This document shows, piece after piece, positions 1-7,195 of a stretch of 10,717 bases of DNA (position 1 is its first letter; the number at the start of each line of letters is the position of its first letter). Both the position numbers and the translations under genes were made by a program. Source of the stretch: Deltaproteobacteria bacterium TL4 (lineage in GTDB: Bacteria; SAR324; NAC60-12); the NCBI GenBank assembly GCA_051382335.1, contig JBBCAX010000125.1, positions 1-10,717 on the forward strand. The letters run 5' to 3'. The notes beneath the pieces were generated by a model. It saw only the letters and a program-made list of their open reading frames with translations, did not search any database and was not told the origin of the DNA.

Positions 1-265
1 CTGAAAAATTGGAGGAAACCCACAGAAAATAAGGGGCCGTGAGACATTCTTGCAGGTCCATTTTTTGAGCAAGCTATTTTGGTCAATTTAGACGACCTAT
101 GTTCAGTCTATGCACGCATTATAAAACTAATGGGGTAGAAATTCCCTATTATGGATTTTTTAGGCCAAGAACTCTGGTTTTTGCGAGTTATTATTAAATA
201 ATTTCTGTAAAATCAATAAGAATACATGAGGAATAATTACAAATTAGGTTTATTTGAGTTTAATT

Positions 266-326
266 AGTGACAAACTCTTTTGTCAAGTGACAAACTCTAT
301 TTGTCAAGTGACAAACTCTTTTGTCA
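266..326. repeat. Three tandem 20/21/20-bp direct repeats AGTGACAAACTCT(A)TTTGTCA, each internally palindromic (TGACAAA-N4/5-TTTGTCA); probable operator array upstream of ssb
   Basis: Units at 266-285, 286-306 and 307-326 were read directly; the only difference is one extra A in unit 2. The array ends 24 bp before the ssb ATG. The repeat itself is certain; the operator role is inference. Confidence 0.9.
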
Positions 327-350
327 TTTCACAATTCAGAAGAGGTTAGT

Positions 351-857
351 ATGGGTAGTTTAAACAAAGTAATGTTAATCGGTAACTTGGGAAAAGATCC
401 TGAAATCCGCTATACGCAGTCAGGAAACGCTGTAGCTAATTTTAGTATTGCAACAACAGATATATGGAAAGACAAACAAGGACAGCGTCAAGAAAAAACG
501 GAATGGCACACGGTGGTTGCCTGGGATCGTCTGGCAGACTTGGCTCAATCTTACTTAAAAAAAGGGAAACAGGTTTATATCGAAGGAAGTTTGCAAACCA
601 GGAGTTGGGAAGATCAACAAGGGCAAAAACGATATACCACTGAAATCATAGCAAAAACTATTCAGTTTTTGGGGGTCAAAGAGGGGCCGGGATCGGGATA
701 TGAAAATCAGGGCTATACGGCACCTGCGCCTCAAAATCCTCCGCAACAACAGGGAGTGCCCACACGCCAACCATCTGCGCCGCAATATCAAACGCCTCCC
801 GGTGATGATAACAGTACTCCTGATGATGAATACATCAAAGATGATATCCCCTTCTAA
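351..857 (+). CDS. ssb: Single-stranded DNA-binding protein
   Basis: Translation begins [35 protein letters not shown] and includes TEWHTVVAW and [25 protein letters not shown] (OB fold), a P/Q-rich linker and the acidic C-terminal tip DDIPF. ATG 351 is preferred over TTG 321 because AGAGG lies at 341-345 and SSBs normally start at M(x)SLNKV. Confidence 0.98.
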   Translation: MGSLNKVMLIGNLGKDPEIRYTQSGNAVANFSIATTDIWKDKQGQRQEKTEWHTVVAWDRLADLAQSYLKKGKQVYIEGSLQTRSWEDQQGQKRYTTEIIAKTIQFLGVKEGPGSGYENQGYTAPAPQNPPQQQGVPTRQPSAPQYQTPPGDDNSTPDDEYIKDDIPF

Positions 858-877
858 CTTTGAAAACCGTTTGATTG

Positions 878-910
878 ATGGTGCGTGGCCCTCCTGAACG
901 CACCATTTTT
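878..910 (+). terminator. Hairpin plus short U-tract after ssb (possible intrinsic terminator; could alternatively fold as a pseudoknot)
   Basis: 9-bp perfect stem ATGGTGCGT (878-886) / ACGCACCAT (898-906), 11-nt loop, then TTTT (907-910), 20 nt after the ssb stop. Confidence 0.55.
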
Positions 911-939
911 CAAAGGAGGAATACAAGCAATTTCAAGCG

Positions 940-1104
940 ATATTGCGGGAATTCGGTTAAACCCCATAGCGTTGTGGAAAGGCTCTTGTGTTTTATTTTT
1001 CAAACCACTCTGGATGGCTTTTGCGAAGACTGGGGAGGTAAACGCGACCAACGGGAAGACTCATCTCTCCCGTTGGTGAGAGCCGCAATATGATTTCGAA
1101 ATCA
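940..1104. ncRNA. Candidate structured non-coding element of unknown class in the ssb-Uma2 intergenic region
   Basis: Closing helix ATATTGCGG (940-948) / CCGCAATAT (1083-1091) encloses a perfect 10-bp hairpin ACCAACGGGA (1047-1056) / TCCCGTTGGT (1068-1077). A perfect 14-bp palindrome TGATTTCGAAATCA follows at 1091-1104. There is no convincing ORF here and no RNA family was recognised. Confidence 0.3.
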
Positions 1105-1320
1105 GGATGGCGTTTTTTGCGAAGGGTACTCACCTGCGCCGGATTGATGAGATAGGAGCGATGCATTTTTTGAGGGATCGGATGCTTTAAAAGTTCTTTC
1201 AAAAGCGGTGAAATTAGTGTGTTTTTTGATTGTGATTTCACCATCTTGCTTTTAAAGTTAAAGGCAGATAGGAACAAAGATAAGAAGCCCTCATGTTTTG
1301 CCTTGTTGCTCAGGAGTCTT

Positions 1321-2169
1321 ATGAATATAGATATTGAAAAAACGCTTCAGGAGGATCCTCTGTTGGTACCCACTCGGGAAATGTGGGAGCAAATGTCTCC
1401 TGTGGAGCAGTCACGAACAGAAAATGCCATTATTGCCGCCCTGGAACAAGAGTTCAATTTGATGGGAGAAAGTACCTTGCATTTTGATTCCCGGGCAACG
1501 ACGACAGAAGTATTGCGGCGATTTTTCAAGGCCAAAGGACGAACGGTCTTTGTGGCTTCAGATCTGCATACCCTCTATCCGGGAGAACGTGCTTTTTATC
1601 CTGATTTATTAGTAGTTTATGATGTTGAAACGCATCATCGGAAAAGTTGGAATGTGTTGAGAGAAGGAAAGGGTTTGGATTTTGTGTTAGAAATACTTTC
1701 CAAAGATACCCGGCGTAAAGACCAGGTGGACAAACTCAATTTATACGCAAGACTCGAAATTCCAGAATATTTCATGTTCGATCCCGACTATTTGAAACTC
1801 AGAGGGTATCAATTGAGCGGTTCCCTTTATCGCGAAATTGAAAATTTGAAGGGGAAAATTTATTCAACAATTTTAGGTTTGTTCTTACAGGTTGAGGCTG
1901 AAAAAATTCGGTTTTCTTTACCGGAGGGGATTGATGTCCCTTTTGCACAGGAGTTAGTCGCTCAGTTGAATGACAAACTTTCTCATAAAGATCATATTAT
2001 TTCCGAATACGCTCAACTGTTGGAAGAAGAGAAACAGCGTACCGAAGAAGAAAAACAGCGTGCCGAAGAAGAAAAACAGCGTGCTGAAGAAGAGAAACAG
2101 CGTGCCGAAGACGCAGAAGCAGAAATCCAGCGATTGCGTCAGTTATTGAAATTAAAGTCAGAGGAGTAA
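1321..2169 (+). CDS. Uma2 / DUF820 family putative restriction endonuclease (PD-(D/E)XK fold) with C-terminal coiled-coil heptad repeats
   Basis: The motifs YPDLLVV, DFVLEILSKDTRRKDQVDKLNLYARLEIPEYFMFDP are typical of the Uma2 family, followed by (EEEKQRA)-type repeats. ATG 1321 is chosen over the ORF-track start at 1219 because CAGGAG lies at 1311-1316. Confidence 0.9.
   Translation: MNIDIEKTLQEDPLLVPTREMWEQMSPVEQSRTENAIIAALEQEFNLMGESTLHFDSRATTTEVLRRFFKAKGRTVFVASDLHTLYPGERAFYPDLLVVYDVETHHRKSWNVLREGKGLDFVLEILSKDTRRKDQVDKLNLYARLEIPEYFMFDPDYLKLRGYQLSGSLYREIENLKGKIYSTILGLFLQVEAEKIRFSLPEGIDVPFAQELVAQLNDKLSHKDHIISEYAQLLEEEKQRTEEEKQRAEEEKQRAEEEKQRAEDAEAEIQRLRQLLKLKSEE
2023..2106 (+). repeat. 4 x 21-bp in-frame tandem repeat encoding EEEKQR(T/A)
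   Basis: Units GAAGAAGARAAACAGCGTRCY at 2023-2043, 2044-2064, 2065-2085 and 2086-2106. Confidence 0.95.
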
Positions 2170-2236
2170 ACACCTGTCCTTTTATTCGCAACGATGAGTT
2201 GTTAACCTTGTAAACTAATGCACTCAGGAGAAAAAT

Positions 2237-4003
2237 ATGTTTGATCTATCAAAGATAACGAGCCAAATAAATCTGAATCATTATAAAGAAACGATTACAT
2301 GGGGCTTGGAAAAAATCCAACAATTGTTCCCTTTAATTGATGTTGAGGAACAACTGAACAAATCGTTGAATGAACTTTTAGGGTTGACTAAAGAAGCGGA
2401 GGAACCTGAGGTTGAGGCGCCTTCAGTCGAGATGAAACCCAATAGTCTGTTAAATTTAGCCTCAATTCTTGAAAATTCAGCACGAGAATTCCCCACCCAA
2501 ATAGCCATCATTTTGGGGGAGAAACAATTCAACTACGCTCAGTTAAACGGGGCAGCCAATCAAATAGCCAACGGACTCAAAGACGCAGGGATTAACAAGG
2601 GAGACCGTGTTGTTTTGTCCTGCCCCAATCTGCCTTTTTTCCCGATGGTTTATTTTGGAATTCTGAAAATTGGAGCCGTTGTTGTTCCCATTAATGTGCT
2701 GCTGAAAGAGAGAGAAATTGAATACCATTTGAACGATTCTGGCGCAAAGGCTTATTTCTGTTTTGAGGGAACTCCAGAGTTGCCTATGGGCGAAAGGGGT
2801 TGGAAAGCGGTTAAAGCCGTTAAAGCCTGTAAGCATTTTATTCTGATGACCGCTAATCCTGCGGCCGAGTCGCCCATCAAAGGCGCTAAAACTTTGGGGG
2901 CCTTCATGGCAAATCAATCTCCCCTTGGAGCGGCTGTCACCACATCTCCAGAAGATTCTGCGGTTATTCTCTATACCTCTGGAACAACAGGCAATCCCAA
3001 AGGGGCAGAGTTGAGTCATGCGAACCTCTTGATGAATACAATGGTGGCCAGAGATTTAATTCAAGGAAAAATAGGAGAAACGCAACTCGTCGTTCTCCCG
3101 CTCTTCCATTCCTTTGGACAAGTGGTTCAAATGAACTCAGGGATTCTGTGCGGACACACGTTGGTGCTTTTACCCCGTTTTGATCCAGAGACCGTATGGA
3201 AAACTTTTGAAAGTAGAAATATTAATATTTTTTGCGGGGTTCCGACCATGTATTGGGCACTGCTGAATTACCCCAAAGCCAGTGAGTTTCATCTGGTTAA
3301 AATTGCGCAACATTTAAGACTTTGCGCCTCCGGTGGCGCGGCGATTCCTGTGGAAATCATCAAACAATTTGAGGCAACCTTTGATGTCCCTATCCTGGAA
3401 GGTTATGGACTTTCAGAAACATCGCCCATTGCGACATTCAATCATGTCCATAAAAAGAGGATTCCAGGTTCAGTCGGAACCCCTGTCTGGGGTGTTGACG
3501 TTAAAATCGTCGATAGCAATGACAACGAACTGCCTCCAGAAGAAGTCGGAGAAATCATTATTCGGGGACATAACGTCATGAAGGGCTATTTTAATCGTCC
3601 TGACGCTACCAAAGAAGCCATTAGAAATGGGTGGTTCCACTCCGGAGATTTAGGGAAAAAAGATAAAGAGGGTTATATCTACATTGTGGACCGTGTCAAA
3701 GATATGATCATTCGCGGAGGTTTCAATGTGTATCCACGGGAAATTGAAGAAGTCCTGATCACTCATCCTGACGTTTCATTTGCCGCCGTGATTGGCGTTC
3801 CTGATGACAAGATGGGCGAAGAGGTCAAAGCCTATCTCGTTCCGAAAGAGGGTAAAACGATTGATCCTGAAAAGATCATGCAATGGTCAAAAGAGAATAT
3901 GGCCGATTATAAATATCCAAGAATGATTGAAATTTGTGGCAGTTTACCCATGACGGCGACAGGCAAGATTTTGAAGAAAGAACTCAAAGCCAAGCTAAAA
4001 TAA
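2237..4003 (+). CDS. Long-chain-fatty-acid--CoA ligase (FadD/LcfA-like AMP-binding enzyme) with ~65-aa N-terminal extension
   Basis: ANL-superfamily motifs are present: YTSGTTGNPKG (P-loop), LPLFHSFG, EGYGLSET, WFHSGDLG, DRVKDMIIRGGFNVYPREIE and LPMTATGKILK. RBS CAGGAG lies at 2225-2230. Confidence 0.93.
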   Translation: MFDLSKITSQINLNHYKETITWGLEKIQQLFPLIDVEEQLNKSLNELLGLTKEAEEPEVEAPSVEMKPNSLLNLASILENSAREFPTQIAIILGEKQFNYAQLNGAANQIANGLKDAGINKGDRVVLSCPNLPFFPMVYFGILKIGAVVVPINVLLKEREIEYHLNDSGAKAYFCFEGTPELPMGERGWKAVKAVKACKHFILMTANPAAESPIKGAKTLGAFMANQSPLGAAVTTSPEDSAVILYTSGTTGNPKGAELSHANLLMNTMVARDLIQGKIGETQLVVLPLFHSFGQVVQMNSGILCGHTLVLLPRFDPETVWKTFESRNINIFCGVPTMYWALLNYPKASEFHLVKIAQHLRLCASGGAAIPVEIIKQFEATFDVPILEGYGLSETSPIATFNHVHKKRIPGSVGTPVWGVDVKIVDSNDNELPPEEVGEIIIRGHNVMKGYFNRPDATKEAIRNGWFHSGDLGKKDKEGYIYIVDRVKDMIIRGGFNVYPREIEEVLITHPDVSFAAVIGVPDDKMGEEVKAYLVPKEGKTIDPEKIMQWSKENMADYKYPRMIEICGSLPMTATGKILKKELKAKLK

Positions 4004-4048
4004 AAACTTTTTGCTGAAATCTTGAAACTCGTCACAGGAGTTGTGCGC

Positions 4049-7000
4049 CTATTTCTCATCCAGCACAATGGCGCCATCCCAGTCGTCAGGGAGTTTGCTT
4101 TCCTGTAATTGTTGACAGCGTTGCAGATGCAGTCGTGCCACTTGATCTTCAGGGAAAAGATCCAGAGCTTTTTGAAAGCTCTGGATTGCGTTCGGCCAAT
4201 CCTGAGCGCAACGACTGTAGAGTCCTCGCCTGATGTCCAGTGTGGACTTTTTTTTGAGCTCCCGTAGTTCCAAAGCATCCGCGTCAAAGATTTCATAAAA
4301 TCCAACCGGTCTGGTTTTACCTTTGACCCGCACCCAATCCAACTCACGATATAAAAATTGTTCAGGCTCGGTTAAGGCATTGAAGGTGTCAGAGCTGATG
4401 ATGATGGGGGTTCCATAGGCTTTGGTCAAGCTCTCCAGACGCGCGGCCAGGTTGACACTATCCCCCAACACGGTGGAATCCATCCGTGCTGTTGAACCCA
4501 CGGTTCCGATCACCACGGGGCCGGTATGAATTCCGATTCCTGCGGTGATGGGCAGGTATTTTGAATGGTGTCGATGTTGATTATAGATTTGTAACGCCTG
4601 CTGCATGGCAATGGCGGCTTGAACCGAGTCCTGAGCCTGGTCGGCCAAGGTTCCGCCGGGACGGTCAAACAGGGCCATGATGGCGTCGCCAATGAATTTG
4701 TCGATGAAACCATGATGTTCATGGATTGGAGCATTCATGCGTTCGAAATAGGCGTTGAGGAAATTCAGCAACTCCTGTGGACCCAGCGTTTCTGAAAGGG
4801 TGGTAAAGGAACGAATGTCACAAAACAGGATAGTGAGGGTTTCACTGCCTCCGATCCCCAATTCAATATGTTCCATGCCTTCACCGGCAATCCGCTTCAG
4901 AAACTGAATTGGCACAAACTTCTCAAAAGTTTGGGTCATGGCCGCAACCTTTTCTGATTCGAGTAACTGGATTTTAGTAGTTTTCAAATCCTCATACAAC
5001 CGGGCGTTATTGATGGCGGTTGCGACTTGTGTGACGTAGCGCTGGATTTTATCGAGGTCTTCTTCTGTCAACGTAAAGGGAATTTCATTGTGCGCGAAAA
5101 CAATCGTGCCCATCACCTGGTTTTGTACCTGAAGCGGATACAGCAAATACGATTTTACGGGATTGATCTCATATAAACGCTTATCAGCAGAGCGTAACTT
5201 TTGAGCCAGTTCATGAGTGATGGGGGAGACATAGGAAGGCACGTTGTTCCGATAGGTGTTGCATAGAAAATTGGTCTGGTCTGCCAACGGCAGTGGGATC
5301 TGTTCAATTTTTTGCCAGACGTCTACCGTAATGCCCTTTCCAAAATATTTGGTCGGTAATAAGCGCTGCTTTTGTTTGTCCACCAGAAAAATGCCCAATT
5401 GGTTAAAGCTGAAAATCTCTTGAAGGGTTTGGTTCACAGACTGTAAGATTTCATCTAAATCCAGTGTGGCATTAACTGTTTGAACTACCTGATTGATGTG
5501 TGTGATTTCCTGATTCGCGGTTTGCAGTTGTTGGGTACGGATTTGCACCTGTTGTTCCAGTTCGAGGGTAAAACTGATATTTACCAGCGAAATGGACAAT
5601 GAGTGTGCCAAGGCGTCAACAAAGTTTTTTTCTTCCTGATTGAACAGGCATCGAAGGCCCTTGATTTCAATGCCTGCCAACAGGATTTCATTCCGCCTGA
5701 TCGGAACCTGAAGCGTATTCGCCTGTAAGGAGGAATGTTCAGCGAAGGCAAAACGTTGTTCAATCGAAGCGGAGTCTTCTTCAAAAATCATGCTAACACG
5801 CTGAATGTTGCTTAAATCAAGCTCCGTAATTTCTTTGGTTAAATCTGCTTGAAGCTGAAAGTGCGCATAACCGTCTTTTCCCCTTTTGGTTTGTTCCTGG
5901 AAGAAAATATGGATTTCAGCGAGGGGCTCGACCGCAATTTCTCGTAAAATGGTATTGACCGCTTTAATGATGGTGGTGAATTTATCATAAGCCAACACCA
6001 TTTCTTCGGTGCCTTCAAGCAGAAGTTTTAAGCGTTGATTGGAATGGGAAAGTTCATGATTGGCATATTCCAATTCGTTAAGTTGTCTCATAATCTGGTT
6101 TCCCATTTTTTTCAGGACTTCCATAAAATTCTGGAATTCCTCAAAGAACATGGGTTTGGGGGAAATCTGATAATTACCGTCCGCATAGCGAGCCACAATT
6201 CCGGTGAGCGTTTGTAGCGGGGAATCCAGCCAACGAGCCATCAAGAAGGCCACGCTGAGCACCACAAGCAAAGCCAGGCATAAGACCAACACCAGACGAA
6301 ACATCATGGTATTGAGTTGCGCGAACCGCACTTCATTGGGTTCAGAAATGCGGACCTGATACTCAATGGCATGAGAAGACGGGGGTGGATCACTCAGGAT
6401 AAGAGGCGCTTCACCATTGATCAGATTAAGCCCCTGTGGATTGAGGACAGGCGGGGCTATCAATAGATTTTCATTTTTTTTGAAATAGTTCAACTTTGTG
6501 GAAGGGGTCGCATATTTTTGAGCGTAGGTGGCTAAATACTCAAAGGGAATGACGGCGACCAAGGCGCCCTTGATGGCTTTGGCTGTGGAGACTGCCCCGG
6601 TTTGAGCAATCAAGGGTATGATCACCACCATGCCCTCAGAACTGGGAAGCATACGAGTCGTCTTTTTTTTTTGTTGTCGGTTGAGGGCGTCAAAATTCTT
6701 TATTAAAAAAGAGGGGGCGTTAAATTCAAAAAATTGATAACTGAGGACCTCAGTAGCGGTTTGACTATAGAGTTCATCCAAACGCGTCATCACTTCCTGA
6801 GGCAGGTCTATTCCATTCACCGCGGAGGGTGATGTCTCTAAAACCATGGGCGTGATATCGAGCAAATAGGTTGAAAGAACTAATGGATTACTGGCCGTAA
6901 ACCGATCCAGATATTTGGCGGCTTGCCCACTGAACAAGGCACTATAAGACGCCAAAACGACATCACTGGTTTCCCCCAGCGGCAGCATTCTGGAAGCGAT

Positions 7001-7195
7001 TAATTCGAGTTGGTGGGATAAATCTTGAGCAATGGTTTGGGCACGGAGATTCAGTTCTTCCAGTGCCGCAGAGCGAGTGCTGTGATAAATTTGTTCCACA
7101 AGGGGAATAGAAAAAACAATGACGGGCAACCCTGAAACAACAAGAAAGATAATGACCAACGCGGAACGGAAGCTTTTGAACATAAGGATTTCCAT
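4049..7195 (-). CDS. Membrane-bound class III (IIIb-type) adenylate cyclase: TM - periplasmic sensor domain - TM - HAMP - two GAF-like domains - cyclase - TPR-like tail
   Basis: Catalytic motifs are LFCDIRSFT (metal Asp), DKFIGDAIMA (adenine-specifying Lys, second Asp) and RMDSTVLGDSVNLAARLE (Thr, Asn, Arg). Two hydrophobic segments (ALVIIFLVVSGLPVIVFSIPL; LVLVLCLALLVVLSVAFLMA) are followed by HAMP-like SPLQTLTGIVARYADGNY. GAF signatures are TLDLDEIL...YPLQVQNQVMGTIVF...ATAINNARLYE and a more degenerate VPIRRNEILLAGIEI...FNQEEKNFVDALA. The tail is WPNAIQSFQKALDLFPED...DWDG. Confidence 0.95.
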   Translation of the reverse strand: MEILMFKSFRSALVIIFLVVSGLPVIVFSIPLVEQIYHSTRSAALEELNLRAQTIAQDLSHQLELIASRMLPLGETSDVVLASYSALFSGQAAKYLDRFTASNPLVLSTYLLDITPMVLETSPSAVNGIDLPQEVMTRLDELYSQTATEVLSYQFFEFNAPSFLIKNFDALNRQQKKKTTRMLPSSEGMVVIIPLIAQTGAVSTAKAIKGALVAVIPFEYLATYAQKYATPSTKLNYFKKNENLLIAPPVLNPQGLNLINGEAPLILSDPPPSSHAIEYQVRISEPNEVRFAQLNTMMFRLVLVLCLALLVVLSVAFLMARWLDSPLQTLTGIVARYADGNYQISPKPMFFEEFQNFMEVLKKMGNQIMRQLNELEYANHELSHSNQRLKLLLEGTEEMVLAYDKFTTIIKAVNTILREIAVEPLAEIHIFFQEQTKRGKDGYAHFQLQADLTKEITELDLSNIQRVSMIFEEDSASIEQRFAFAEHSSLQANTLQVPIRRNEILLAGIEIKGLRCLFNQEEKNFVDALAHSLSISLVNISFTLELEQQVQIRTQQLQTANQEITHINQVVQTVNATLDLDEILQSVNQTLQEIFSFNQLGIFLVDKQKQRLLPTKYFGKGITVDVWQKIEQIPLPLADQTNFLCNTYRNNVPSYVSPITHELAQKLRSADKRLYEINPVKSYLLYPLQVQNQVMGTIVFAHNEIPFTLTEEDLDKIQRYVTQVATAINNARLYEDLKTTKIQLLESEKVAAMTQTFEKFVPIQFLKRIAGEGMEHIELGIGGSETLTILFCDIRSFTTLSETLGPQELLNFLNAYFERMNAPIHEHHGFIDKFIGDAIMALFDRPGGTLADQAQDSVQAAIAMQQALQIYNQHRHHSKYLPITAGIGIHTGPVVIGTVGSTARMDSTVLGDSVNLAARLESLTKAYGTPIIISSDTFNALTEPEQFLYRELDWVRVKGKTRPVGFYEIFDADALELRELKKKSTLDIRRGLYSRCAQDWPNAIQSFQKALDLFPEDQVARLHLQRCQQLQESKLPDDWDGAIVLDEK

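Noticed and set aside
1..61. Possible divergent ORF start on the - strand (MDLQECLTAPYFLWVSSNFS, running off the window)
   Set aside because: Only 20 codons are visible, with no RBS and no recognisable motif.
266..326. CRISPR array interpretation of the palindromic repeats
   Set aside because: The units are directly abutting with no unique spacers, and there are no cas genes in the window.
321..350. TTG start for ssb given by the ORF track
   Set aside because: It lies inside the palindromic repeat and has no RBS. ATG 351 has AGAGG and matches the usual SSB N-terminus.
1037..1046. GGTAAACGCG shared with the intron (10580-10571, - strand) and GTGCG at 881, hinting at a second intron remnant
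   Set aside because: A 10-mer match is expected by chance in a window this size, and no other intron domain motifs line up.
940..1091. Retron msr-msd interpretation (terminal inverted repeats enclosing a hairpin)
   Set aside because: There is no adjacent retron RT. The only RT in the window is a truncated group II intron protein 9 kb away.
945..1110. Resemblance to cobalamin (GGGAA..CGGT), glycine (CTCTGGA...GAAG...AGGTAAA) or c-di-GMP-I (GGTAAA...CGCAA) riboswitches
   Set aside because: Only short fragments match. The defining elements (CCGCAACTGT and B12 box; GGAGA/CCGAAG/CTCTCAGG junction; GNRA-capped P2 with receptor) are missing, and the downstream gene does not fit.
854..1277. Short overlapping ORFs in the ssb-Uma2 gap (875-1093, 885-1079, 854-1051, 993-1277)
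   Set aside because: They have no RBS at proper spacing, no recognisable domain, and overlap each other on both strands.
1219..1320. Upstream extension of the Uma2 ORF from GTG 1219
   Set aside because: It has no RBS and overlaps an inverted repeat. ATG 1321 has CAGGAG.
4004..4048. Bidirectional terminator between the convergent ligase and cyclase genes
   Set aside because: Only a weak AACTC/GAGTT 5-bp stem is present, without flanking U-tracts.
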